Shown: positions 7,906 through 16,743, counted from the first letter of the stretch. The stretch is DNA of 64,000 nucleotides from Candidatus Beckwithbacteria bacterium GW2011_GWC1_49_16 (GCA_001029675.1 CP011210.1:128193-192192), one strand, 5' to 3'. The notes: generated from the letters alone by a model not told the origin. Translations and numbers: made by a program.

Positions 7906-10452
7906 ATGATAGACGTGGGTTTGAGTCAAAAAGAAGCAGAAAAAAGGTTAAGCCAGTTTGGCTGGAACGAGATTGCCAGGAAAAAAAGAGTCAGCGATCT
8001 GCAGTTGTTGTTAGCTCAAGTTAAATCGCCCCTGATTTATGTGTTGTTGGCGGCGATGGGCATTACCGGGGTGGTTTTACATGATGTGGAAGACACCATC
8101 GTCATTGGCCTGGCAGTGGTGTTTAACACTTTTTTGGGCTTTATCCAGGAAAGAAAAGCCAATCGGTCGCTGGAGGCTTTGGCGGCGGTGTTGACCCTTC
8201 ACGCCAAAGTGAAGAGAGACGGTAAGTGGGTGGAAATTGAAGCCAGAAAAGTAGTGCCGGGAGACGTGTTGCGGCTGGAGTTGGGTTCCAGAGTGGCGGC
8301 AGACGGAGAGGTGACGACGGCGGACTCGTTGTCGATTAATGAGGCGGTGCTGACGGGTGAGTCGGCGGCGGTGACAAAAAACAAAAAAGACAAGGCGTTC
8401 ATGGGCACGACGGTGGCCGGAGGCATCGGCGAGATGGTGGTGACCAAGACGGGGGAGAAAACCGAGTTTGGCAAAATCGCCGAGAGCCTGCAAGAAACCA
8501 AAAGCGAAGCGACTCCGCTGCAGGCCCAAATCAACCGCTTCGCTAAAACCATGGCGGTGGCGGTGTTTATCGTTTCTTTAATGGTACTGGCGGTGGGACT
8601 TTTTGTCGGAGACAGTTTCAGAGAGATTTTTCCGACAGCGGTGGCTTTGGCGGTGGCGGCTATTCCCGAAGGCTTGGCGGTATCGCTGACGGTGATTTTG
8701 GCCATAGGCATGCAGCGGATTTTAAAGAAAAAAGCTTTGGTGCGGAAACTGGTGGCGGCAGAAACTCTGGGCGGGGTGACGGTAGTTTGCGCCGACAAAA
8801 CCGGCACTCTGACCGAAGGCAAAATGCGGGTGGTTGATGTTTTGGAGAGTATTAGTCCGGACAAGAAAAGGCGGGAGATGAAGCGGGCGATGATGCTGAA
8901 AGCGGTGGTTTTGTGCAATGACATGCGGGACCCTTTGGAAGTAGCCATGATGGATTGGGCCCTTAAACAGCAATCTCACCTCCGAGGTGAAAATACCCAC
9001 GCCTCGGAGGTGTCTGGGTTTTTAGAGAAACAGTATCCGCGGCTGGACGAGATACCGTTTGACCCGAAACACCGTTATATTGCCACCTTACATAAAGTGA
9101 TCACTCCCGGAGTGTCTAGAGTAAAACACTCCGGGAGTGGAGAAACTCAAAGGTTGTTGCTGGTCGGTGGGGCGCCGGAAGAGGTCTTGGCGCGATGCGA
9201 CACCACCGAAGCCAGAAGAAAAGAGTGGCTGGAGAAAATCAACCGCGAAGGCAGACAGGGCCACCGCTTGGTAGGTTTTGCTTACCGGGAAGTAGGGGCG
9301 GATAAAAAAAACTTGGCCGATAAAGACATTAAGCAGCTGATGTGGTTGGGCAGTTTGGTGTTTGAAGATCCGATAAGAAAAGGAGTAAAGGAGTCGTTAA
9401 AAGAAGTAGCCGCGGCCGGAATTAAGGTTAAGGTAGTCACCGGCGATTACGCGCCGACGGCCGAAGCGGTGATGAAGGCTTTGGGGCTAATCGGAAGTAA
9501 AGAAGAGGGGGTAGTCATGGAAGGGAGCGAGTTAAAAAAACTGACGGATGAGGCGCTGAAGAAAAGGCTGTCGCAGGTGAAGTTGTTTGCCAGGACCACA
9601 CCGGATCAGAAGTTGAAAATCGTGGAGGTGTTACAGGGGATGGGCGAGGTGGTGGCGATGACCGGCGATGGGGTCAACGACGCGCCGGCTTTGAAAAAAG
9701 CCGATATCGGCATAGTGGTGGAGACGGCCTCGGATGTGTCCAAAGAAACGGCTGATATGGTGTTGCTCGACAGCAACTTTAAAACCATTTTGGCGGCGAT
9801 TGAGGGCGGACGGATGATTAAAGACAACTTGCGTAAAGTGATTTTGTATTTACTCGCCGATAGTTTTGGGGAGATTGTTTTGGTGGTGATGAGCCTAGTT
9901 GCTGGCATGCCTTTGCCGATAACGGCGGCGATGATTTTGTGGGTTAACTTGGTGTCGGACGGGTTTCCGGATTTGGCCTTAACAGTGGATCCGGCCGAGA
10001 AAGGTTTGTTAAAAAGGCAGCCGGAAAGCCGGCAGAGGCATTTAATTGACGCCGAGATGGCCTTGCTGATTGTTTTGATCTCGTTGGCTTCGGCGCTGAC
10101 GGCCTTTGGGGCATTTTGGTATTACTGGCATAATCCGGCTTATGGTTTGGAGCACGCCAGAACGGTGGCTTTTAACCTTTTGGGGCTAAACTCATTGTTT
10201 TACGTCTGGTCGGCCAGAAGCCTAAAGCAGCCGGTGTGGAAAGAAAGTTTATTTGAAAACCCATGGCTGGTGGTGGCGGTGCTTTTGGGGCTGGGGCTGC
10301 AGATGGTCGGAGTTTATTCCCGGGTAGGGCAAAGGTTGTTGGAGACGGTGGCGCTTGACGCTTCCGAGTGGTTGGTGGTGGTTGCCGGGAGTCTGCTGAT
10401 GATGGTAATAGTAGAAGGAGTTAAGTTCGCCTTTAACAGGCGAGAGAGGTAG
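7906..10452 (+). CDS. P-type cation-transporting ATPase (Ca2+/P2-type)
   Basis: Phosphorylation motif CADKTGTLT and hinge motif TGDGVNDAPALKKADIGI. There are 8-10 TM segments. It carries two in-frame palindromic insertions (see findings). Confidence 0.9.
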   Translation: MIDVGLSQKEAEKRLSQFGWNEIARKKRVSDLQLLLAQVKSPLIYVLLAAMGITGVVLHDVEDTIVIGLAVVFNTFLGFIQERKANRSLEALAAVLTLHAKVKRDGKWVEIEARKVVPGDVLRLELGSRVAADGEVTTADSLSINEAVLTGESAAVTKNKKDKAFMGTTVAGGIGEMVVTKTGEKTEFGKIAESLQETKSEATPLQAQINRFAKTMAVAVFIVSLMVLAVGLFVGDSFREIFPTAVALAVAAIPEGLAVSLTVILAIGMQRILKKKALVRKLVAAETLGGVTVVCADKTGTLTEGKMRVVDVLESISPDKKRREMKRAMMLKAVVLCNDMRDPLEVAMMDWALKQQSHLRGENTHASEVSGFLEKQYPRLDEIPFDPKHRYIATLHKVITPGVSRVKHSGSGETQRLLLVGGAPEEVLARCDTTEARRKEWLEKINREGRQGHRLVGFAYREVGADKKNLADKDIKQLMWLGSLVFEDPIRKGVKESLKEVAAAGIKVKVVTGDYAPTAEAVMKALGLIGSKEEGVVMEGSELKKLTDEALKKRLSQVKLFARTTPDQKLKIVEVLQGMGEVVAMTGDGVNDAPALKKADIGIVVETASDVSKETADMVLLDSNFKTILAAIEGGRMIKDNLRKVILYLLADSFGEIVLVVMSLVAGMPLPITAAMILWVNLVSDGFPDLALTVDPAEKGLLKRQPESRQRHLIDAEMALLIVLISLASALTAFGAFWYYWHNPAYGLEHARTVAFNLLGLNSLFYVWSARSLKQPVWKESLFENPWLVVAVLLGLGLQMVGVYSRVGQRLLETVALDASEWLVVVAGSLLMMVIVEGVKFAFNRRER
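8977..9012. repeat. palindromic element, variant B (CACCTCCGAGGTG / CCTCGGAGGTG) inside the P-type ATPase CDS
   Basis: Inverted 13-nt arms are separated by a 10-nt A-rich spacer. The element is translated in frame as HLRGENTHASEV. Confidence 0.7.
9102..9139. repeat. palindromic element, variant A (CACTCCCGGAGTG / CACTCCGGGAGTG) inside the P-type ATPase CDS
   Basis: Perfect reverse-complementary 13-nt arms with a 12-nt spacer. Translated in frame as TPGVSRVKHSGS. Confidence 0.75.
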
Positions 10453-10456
10453 TTTT

Positions 10457-11425
10457 ATGATTTGGCTGCAATTGTTGCTACTGACTGGTTTTTCTTTTTT
10501 ACTCATTAAAGCGACGGACATTGTCAGCGAAAGTTTGCAGCAGCTATCCAGACTGACCCGGATAGGCAAGTTTGCCATGACGTCGTTTTTGTTAACGTTG
10601 GCCACTTCGGCCCCCGAACTGGTAGTGGGCGTGGCGGCGGCCCTGGAAGGAACGCCGAACCTGGCTTTGGGGACGGTGGTGGGCAGCAACATTGCCAACG
10701 TTTCCCTGGTGATCGGCCTGGCGGCGGTAATCGGCGGCAGTTTTTCGGTGGTGGGGGAGTTTTTGAAAGTGGACATTTTTTCGGTTTTTCTGGCAGGAGT
10801 AATGCCTTTGATGTTGCTTTTGGACGGCAGGCTTTCAAGGGTGGACGGGTTGATTTTACTGCTGGTTTACGGCGCTTATAACTTTGGCTTGTTGAATAAA
10901 TATAATACCAGCCCTCCGACCAGGGGGGGGCGGCTTTTAAGCCGGATGTTTAACGGCAACAATCGCGGTAAAATGAGCCGTTGGCTGGCTTGGTTGTTTT
11001 TGGGCGGCGCCATGCTGGTGTTTGCCGCCGACATGATCGTAAATGTGGGCGCGGAATTGGCGACGGGGCTGGGGGTGCCGGTGTTTTTGATCGGTCTTTT
11101 TTTCGTGGCCATTGGTACCAGTTTACCGGAGTTGGCCTTTCAAAGCCGGGCGGTGAGAAAGGGCCAGGTGGCCATGGCCTTGGGAAATTTAATGGGCAGC
11201 GTGGTGGCTAACTCCACCTTGATTTTAGGGATAGTCAGTTTGATCAGGCCGGTGGTGCTGTACAAGGGTCTTAATGCCTATTTGCTGGCGGCGGCGGCCT
11301 TCGGGGTGATTTTTATGCTTTTCTGGTATTTGGTGAAGACCAAGAAAAAACTCGAGCGCTGGGAAGGAGCGGTACTTTTATTGGCTTACGCAGTCTTTAT
11401 GTGGTTGGAGTGGCTGGGGAAGTAA
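10457..11425 (+). CDS. Na+/Ca2+ exchanger (CaCA family, YrbG-like)
   Basis: Two alpha-repeat signatures, ATSAPELVVG and GTSLPELAFQ, in a 322-aa polytopic membrane protein. Confidence 0.85.
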   Translation: MIWLQLLLLTGFSFLLIKATDIVSESLQQLSRLTRIGKFAMTSFLLTLATSAPELVVGVAAALEGTPNLALGTVVGSNIANVSLVIGLAAVIGGSFSVVGEFLKVDIFSVFLAGVMPLMLLLDGRLSRVDGLILLLVYGAYNFGLLNKYNTSPPTRGGRLLSRMFNGNNRGKMSRWLAWLFLGGAMLVFAADMIVNVGAELATGLGVPVFLIGLFFVAIGTSLPELAFQSRAVRKGQVAMALGNLMGSVVANSTLILGIVSLIRPVVLYKGLNAYLLAAAAFGVIFMLFWYLVKTKKKLERWEGAVLLLAYAVFMWLEWLGK

Positions 11426-11445
11426 TGGTGTTACAATAGGTTTGA

Positions 11446-12795
11446 ATGAACATAATTGCCGACTTACAACTGCACAGTAAATACTCGCGGGCGGTAAGCA
11501 AAGACATGGTGATCCCGATTTTGAGCCAGTGGGGTGAGAAAAAGGGGATAGATTTACTGGCCACGGGCGACTGGACGCACCCTTTGTGGCTTAAGGAACT
11601 TGAGGCAAATTTGGAGGAGGCGGGAGAGGGAATTTACAAACTCAAAGGCAGCGAGAAAAAAACCCGGTTTTTGCTGTCCGGGGAAATATCTTCGATCTAC
11701 ACCCAGGGTGGGCAGGGGCGGAGGGTGCACACTTTGTTTTTTGCCCCGTCTTTGGCTGTTGTGGCCAAGATTAACCAGGAGTTGACTAAAAGGGGAGCTA
11801 ATTTGATGAGTGACGGGCGACCGATCGTGGGGCTTTCTTGCCAAGATCTTTGCGAAGTGGTTTGGGGAGTGGACGAGCGGGTGTTGGTGATACCGGCTCA
11901 CGCGTTCACCCCGTGGTTTGCCCTGTATGGCTCAAAGTCCGGTTTTGATTCGATTGATGAATGTTTTGGGGAATATGCCGATAAAATCTATGCTATCGAG
12001 ACAGGACTTAGTTCGGATCCGGCGATGAACTGGCAGATTGCGGATTTGGATCGGCGGGCGATTGTCAGTTTTTCTGACGCTCACAGCCCGAGGAAGCTGG
12101 GGCGCGAAGCGACGGTGTTTGAGTTTGAGGGTAAGGAAAGTGAAGACTACGGCTTCGACGATGTAGCTTGGGCGATTAAGGAGAGGTATTTAGGAGAAAA
12201 TTCAGGCAGGATGAAGATTTTGTACACCATCGAATTTCACCCGGAAGAAGGTAAATACCATTACACCGGTCATAGAAAGTGTAACGTGGTCCAGTCGCCC
12301 CAGGAAACGAGGGAAAAAGGGACGACTTGCCACGTTTGCGGCCGGTCGTTGACGGTCGGGGTGATGCATCGAGTGGAGGAGTTGGCTAAAGATAGGCCAG
12401 AGATTGAGCCGAAAAAGAAAGAAGGCAAGACCGGAGTGGTGGGTTACTGGCATCCTGAAGACGAAACCCGGCCGCCTTACGTGATGCTGGTGCCTTTGCA
12501 CGAAATTTTGGCCGAAGCCTTGGGAGTGGGAGAGTCGAGTCAGAAGGTTGGGGGAGTTTATGAGCTGTTGGTGGGTAAATTCGGCGGCGAGTTTGAGGTG
12601 CTACTTAAAGCCGAAACCAGCCAGATTGGTAAAGTGGCCGGTTCACGGGTGGCCGAGGCAGTAGACAGGGTGAGGCGGGGGGAGATAGAAGTCAAGCCTG
12701 GCTATGACGGGGTGTTTGGGGAGGTGTCGATCTGGGCCTCCGACGCATTAGCTTCTGAGGTTAAACCCGCAGAGCAGCCGGATTTGTTTTCTTGA
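11446..12795 (+). CDS. endoQ: endonuclease Q (PHP-domain, zinc-finger deaminated-base endonuclease)
   Basis: Close block similarity to Pyrococcus EndoQ: DLQLHSKYSRAVSKDM, TGDWTHPLWLKEL, RRVHTLFFAP, IPAHAFTPWFALY, SFSDAHSPRKLGREATVFEF, zinc finger CHVCGRS, RPPYVMLVPLHEILA. Confidence 0.8.
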   Translation: MNIIADLQLHSKYSRAVSKDMVIPILSQWGEKKGIDLLATGDWTHPLWLKELEANLEEAGEGIYKLKGSEKKTRFLLSGEISSIYTQGGQGRRVHTLFFAPSLAVVAKINQELTKRGANLMSDGRPIVGLSCQDLCEVVWGVDERVLVIPAHAFTPWFALYGSKSGFDSIDECFGEYADKIYAIETGLSSDPAMNWQIADLDRRAIVSFSDAHSPRKLGREATVFEFEGKESEDYGFDDVAWAIKERYLGENSGRMKILYTIEFHPEEGKYHYTGHRKCNVVQSPQETREKGTTCHVCGRSLTVGVMHRVEELAKDRPEIEPKKKEGKTGVVGYWHPEDETRPPYVMLVPLHEILAEALGVGESSQKVGGVYELLVGKFGGEFEVLLKAETSQIGKVAGSRVAEAVDRVRRGEIEVKPGYDGVFGEVSIWASDALASEVKPAEQPDLFS

Positions 12796-12852
12796 CAGAC
12801 GGGGCATAATAAGGGATATTGGTGGTAGTTATTAAATTTTGCGGGGGTAAAC

Positions 12853-13188
12853 ATGGCAAACAAAAAAATGACAGTTGCCTTTGGTCTTGAGGAAAATGTA
12901 GCTTGTGCTTTGGCCTATGTGGGCGGCTGGCTGTCGGGCTTAATATTTTTGCTGGTAGAAAAAGACAACGGCACGGTGCGCTTTCATGCCATGCAGAGCA
13001 TTTTGGCTTTTGGTGGTTTGATGGTACTGATGTTTGTGCCGATTGTCGGCTGGGTGTTGAGCCCGTTTTTGTGGATTATTAGCTTTGTGGTCTGGCTTTA
13101 TAGCGTCTACAAAGCCTACCAGGGTGAGAAGTTTAAGTTACCGATTGTGGGCAAAATTGCCCAGCAGCAGTTGAAGAAGATTAAATAA
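12853..13188 (+). CDS. DUF4870-family small membrane protein
   Basis: CALAYVGGWLSGLIFLLVEKDNGTVRFHAMQSIL resembles the DUF4870 consensus. Confidence 0.6.
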   Translation: MANKKMTVAFGLEENVACALAYVGGWLSGLIFLLVEKDNGTVRFHAMQSILAFGGLMVLMFVPIVGWVLSPFLWIISFVVWLYSVYKAYQGEKFKLPIVGKIAQQQLKKIK

Positions 13189-13376
13189 TGTTTATGATTG
13201 ACGGCAGTAATTAGTCTTTGATCGTTCTGGCTCGACAGCGGGCACTGCGACGTGCCACGTCAAGATCTTGCGCGCGACGTTGCCCGCCTGTCTACGCAGA
13301 GCCGTCAAGGTCGAGGTCCGACCTTATTGAAAAATTACGGTTTACTGTTTACAGATTACTGATTACTATTAAGTTG

Positions 13377-13916
13377 ATGATATTTCAAGATCGAGAGGAA
13401 GCGGGTAAAAAGTTGGCCGATAAGGTAAAAGGATTTGTTTCCGGGAGCGCCCGCCTGCCGGCGAGGCAGGGTCTGGTGTTGGGGATTCCGCGAGGCGGAG
13501 TGGTGACGGCCAAAGTGGTGGCGGAGAAGTTGGGGTGGCCTTTGGATGTTTTGCGAGCCAAAAAAATCGGGGCGCCGGGCAATCCGGAACTAGCCATCGG
13601 GGCCAAGGTGCGGTCGCCATACCCTAAGCTTTCAGGAGTTAAACAAGTGGTTTTAGTCGACGACGGAGTGGCAACAGGGCATACGGTTGAGGCGGGAGTC
13701 AAGTGGCTTAAAGCCAACGGGGTTGAGAAGGTAATCGTGGCCGTGCCGGTGGCGGCTAAAGACTCGGCTAAAAAACTTAAAAAATTGGCCCCGCATGCGC
13801 GGGGTAAACCTGAGTGGGTTTGTTTGCTAGAGCCGGAAAACTTTTACGCCGTAGGGCAGTTTTACCGCCATTTTCCCCAGGTGACGGATGAAGAGGTGAG
13901 AGAGATTTTGGTATAA
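13377..13916 (+). CDS. phosphoribosyltransferase
   Basis: PRPP-binding motif VVLVDDGVATGHT and the LVLGIPRGG loop. The start was trimmed to MIFQDREEAG. The upstream 160 nt is better read as a structured leader than as coding. Confidence 0.7.
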   Translation: MIFQDREEAGKKLADKVKGFVSGSARLPARQGLVLGIPRGGVVTAKVVAEKLGWPLDVLRAKKIGAPGNPELAIGAKVRSPYPKLSGVKQVVLVDDGVATGHTVEAGVKWLKANGVEKVIVAVPVAAKDSAKKLKKLAPHARGKPEWVCLLEPENFYAVGQFYRHFPQVTDEEVREILV

Positions 13917-13937
13917 TAAGCGGCCTGCTCGGAATTT

Positions 13938-14357
13938 ATGTCTATTGAGCAGCAGAGAGCCAGCGAAATTAGCGTTTGGAGAGCCAGAGTGGAGCAGCTG
14001 CAAAGAAGAAGAGACCGATTTGTGGCCGCGAGCATTCCTGGTTGGGTATCAATGGCAGTGGTGCTGCCAAAACTCCTTCAAGAGGCATTTGATTCAAGTG
14101 AGCCGATTGAGTTTGGATTAAAAATTGCCGGCCCTTTATCAATTTTAGCTGGATGGGGGCTGTTTGAGGCGGCAGAGTATACAGAGCTTGCCCGACTGAA
14201 AGTTATAGACAATCTTCATAGGGCTGGAGAAGATGTAGCAGAAATGTTGATAGCTGGAAAATTTCCCTGGGTGAGGCATTTTGCTGATAGCGAGCCGACG
14301 TATATAAAAATACCCAGGTTGTTACGGGAGAGACGAGAGCGAGGTAGGGGGATGTAG
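13938..14357 (+). CDS. hypothetical protein
   Basis: A 139-aa ORF with no recognised motif. Confidence 0.45.
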   Translation: MSIEQQRASEISVWRARVEQLQRRRDRFVAASIPGWVSMAVVLPKLLQEAFDSSEPIEFGLKIAGPLSILAGWGLFEAAEYTELARLKVIDNLHRAGEDVAEMLIAGKFPWVRHFADSEPTYIKIPRLLRERRERGRGM

Positions 14358-14379
14358 GGATATTTGCTAGAATGGGGGT

Positions 14380-14856
14380 ATGAAACTCGTAGTCGGGCTA
14401 GGGAATCCGGGAGAAAAGTATCAAAATACAAGGCATAACGTGGGGTTTTTGGTGGTGGATAGATTGCGCGAGCGTTTGGACGAGGGGAAAGATCGGGTGT
14501 TGTTTTTGAAGCCAGATAAATTTATGAACCAGTCGGGGGCGGTGGTAAAGGCTTTTTTAAAAAAGCATCCGAAGGTAAAGCCGGAGGAGATGTATGTGGC
14601 TCACGACGATTTGGACATAAAACTGGGAGAATATAAGATTTCTTTTGGCAAAGGACCCAGAGATCACAACGGCCTAAAGTCGATTTATGAGCAGTTGGGG
14701 ACCAAAGAGTTCTGGCACGTGAGGGTGGGGATTGACGGCCCGCGGGGTGAGGTTAAAAGTGGCGAGGAGTATGTTTTATCCAGTTTTCGGCCGGAGGAAA
14801 AGTCAATAGTTAATTCAATAGTTAATTCGGTAGTTAAGGCGATAGTTAAATTATGA
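14380..14856 (+). CDS. pth: peptidyl-tRNA hydrolase
   Basis: MKLVVGLGNPGEKYQNTRHNVGF is the canonical Pth N-terminus. Confidence 0.9.
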   Translation: MKLVVGLGNPGEKYQNTRHNVGFLVVDRLRERLDEGKDRVLFLKPDKFMNQSGAVVKAFLKKHPKVKPEEMYVAHDDLDIKLGEYKISFGKGPRDHNGLKSIYEQLGTKEFWHVRVGIDGPRGEVKSGEEYVLSSFRPEEKSIVNSIVNSVVKAIVKL

Positions 14857-15155
14857 GTAAAACTGACAAAAAATCTCCCACTTCGCTGGGGGATTTACTC
14901 TCCGGCTATGATTGGGATAAGAAGAAATACATCAGCCGGGAGTGGCAGGATTATGCTTACCGGCTGGCGGTGGCTTTGGACGATTTGAAAAACAAATCAC
15001 TTTACATGAAATTAGCCAAAGAAACACCCCGGGCCTGGCTGGAAGAAGCCAAAAACTTTGTCAAAGACGCTTACGAAGTCAAGAGCAAAGCGAGGCTGTT
15101 TATGTGGAAATTAAAAGAGATTAGAAAAGAGAAGAAGAATGAAAAGAAAAAGTAG
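14853..15155 (+). CDS. hypothetical protein with a Lys-rich C-terminus
   Basis: A 100-aa ORF, 4-nt overlap-coupled to pth. Confidence 0.45.
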   Translation: MSKTDKKSPTSLGDLLSGYDWDKKKYISREWQDYAYRLAVALDDLKNKSLYMKLAKETPRAWLEEAKNFVKDAYEVKSKARLFMWKLKEIRKEKKNEKKK

Positions 15156-15170
15156 TTTTTTTGGCCAAAT

Positions 15171-15443
15171 ATGAAGCAGCGGGTACATCTTTATATTTCG
15201 GGTATAGTCCAGGGAGTAGGGTTTAGGTATTTTTTGAAGCAGACGGCCGACGCTTTGGGTATTTTTGGTTGGGCAAAAAATTTGGCCGGCGGCAGGGTAG
15301 AGGTAGTGTTTGAAGGGGAGAAAGGGGCGGTAAAACAAGCGGTCAACGAAGCTTGGCAGGGACCGCCGGCGGGTAAGGTGAGAGAGGTTGAAGTGGTTGG
15401 TGAGGCTTGGCAGGGGGAGAAGGAGTTTGCTATAGTGAGGTAA
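15171..15443 (+). CDS. acyP: acylphosphatase
   Basis: VQGVGFRYF and GWAKNLAGGRVEVVFEG signatures. Confidence 0.85.
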   Translation: MKQRVHLYISGIVQGVGFRYFLKQTADALGIFGWAKNLAGGRVEVVFEGEKGAVKQAVNEAWQGPPAGKVREVEVVGEAWQGEKEFAIVR

Positions 15444-15449
15444 GCCGAC

Positions 15450-16013
15450 ATGACTCGTAGAAAGACAAGCTTGTTTATTCTCGCAGGATATTTACTGGGA
15501 GTGGCGGTGACGGGGATAATTAGGGGAAAGATAGTTTTGCTGGCCGACTGGTTAGACGTGACGGGACTGTTTGTCGGCGGGGTTTTGGGTTGGCTGTTGG
15601 TGAACTTGGACCGGTTGGTTTATGTTTATTTTTCCCACGCAGGCACCCAAATGGCCCAGTACGCCAGATACCAGTTTGACCAGAAAAAATGGCGGGAGGG
15701 GTGGCGGATTTTGGAAATGAGGCAGGACGAGATGGAAGAGCTGACTTTCAGAAGCGCGCTGTTTCAGGCGGCGTGGGTGGTTTTGGCCTTGTTTGCTTTG
15801 ACCTCGACGGCGTCACTTTTTGGTAAAAGTTTAGTGATGGGGGTGGGCTTGAAGATTTTGGTAGACGAGTGGCGGGATTACCTTTATGCTCGAGGGACAC
15901 TCAAGCGCTGGCTGTTTTGGCAGGTGAAACGGGAGATAACCGATACAGAGGTGAAGGTTTATCTTTACGTGATGACGGCGGCGTTTTTGCTATTAACCCT
16001 GTTACTGCTATAA
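15450..16013 (+). CDS. hypothetical membrane protein
   Basis: A 187-aa ORF with about four hydrophobic segments. Confidence 0.5.
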   Translation: MTRRKTSLFILAGYLLGVAVTGIIRGKIVLLADWLDVTGLFVGGVLGWLLVNLDRLVYVYFSHAGTQMAQYARYQFDQKKWREGWRILEMRQDEMEELTFRSALFQAAWVVLALFALTSTASLFGKSLVMGVGLKILVDEWRDYLYARGTLKRWLFWQVKREITDTEVKVYLYVMTAAFLLLTLLLL

Positions 16014-16020
16014 TAGGGGC

Positions 16021-16740
16021 TTGAGAATGATAGTCAAAAAGCCGAATACGTTTGTTTTGGATCTGGGCGGGTCGGTGTTTGCCCCTAACAGCAGAGCCAA
16101 GGGGATTGATATTGCCTATCTCAAGCAATTTGAGAAGTTTATCAGAAAGCAAGTCGCCTTAAAGAGGCGATTTTTTATTGTCACCGGCGGCGGCTATGTG
16201 GCCCGCGAGTACCGCGATGCGGCGGCGGCGGCGGTGGGGGGAAAGATTGCCGACGAGGACTTGGACTGGCTGGGAGTACACGCCACCAGGTTAAACGCCC
16301 ATTTGTTTCGGACGATTTTCCGTGACATTGCTTATCCGTGGATTTTAAAGCATTATGATTTGGTCGATAAGAAAGTGACCACGCCGGTGGTGGTCTGTGG
16401 CGGCTGGAAGCCGGGCTGGTCCACCGATTACTGTAGCGTCCTGGTGGCGGCGGATTACCATATCGACACGGTGATCAGCTTGACCAATGTTGACTATGCT
16501 TATGACAAAGACCCGAATAAGTATAAAGGGGCTAAGCCGATCAAAACCATGGGCTGGGACGAGATGATTAAACTGGTGGGTAAAAAGTGGCGGCCGGGAA
16601 TGAACACGCCCTTTGATCCGGTGGCTTCCCGCGAGGCCAAGAAGTTCGGTTTGAAAGTGGTGATTGCCAACGGCAGGAAGTTTGCCAATTTGGAACGGAT
16701 TTTAGACGGAAAAACTTTTACCGGCACGGTGATTGAGTAG
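16021..16740 (+). CDS. pyrH: UMP kinase, archaeal-type (amino-acid-kinase family)
   Basis: LDLGGSVF, IVTGGGYVAREY, VVVCGGWKPGWSTDY...TNVDYAY..DP and GTVIE match the archaeal uridylate kinase blocks. Confidence 0.7.
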   Translation: MRMIVKKPNTFVLDLGGSVFAPNSRAKGIDIAYLKQFEKFIRKQVALKRRFFIVTGGGYVAREYRDAAAAAVGGKIADEDLDWLGVHATRLNAHLFRTIFRDIAYPWILKHYDLVDKKVTTPVVVCGGWKPGWSTDYCSVLVAADYHIDTVISLTNVDYAYDKDPNKYKGAKPIKTMGWDEMIKLVGKKWRPGMNTPFDPVASREAKKFGLKVVIANGRKFANLERILDGKTFTGTVIE

Positions 16741-16743
16741 CAG

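Noticed and set aside
8077-9000. Long antisense ORFs (150-249 aa) within the P-type ATPase, and similar ones antisense to trxB (18023-18637), the ligase (3852-4535) and the ATP-grasp gene (23460-24128)
   Set aside because: They lie opposite genes with strong conserved-motif support. They have biased Arg/Ser/Pro composition typical of antisense frames in GC-moderate DNA.
13218-13376. N-terminal 53 codons of the tracked 232-aa ORF upstream of the PRTase
   Set aside because: This part is Arg/Cys-rich, GC-rich and hairpin-dense, with no homology to the PRTase N-terminus. The PRTase domain begins at the internal Met (MIFQDREEAG). I treat it as a structured leader.
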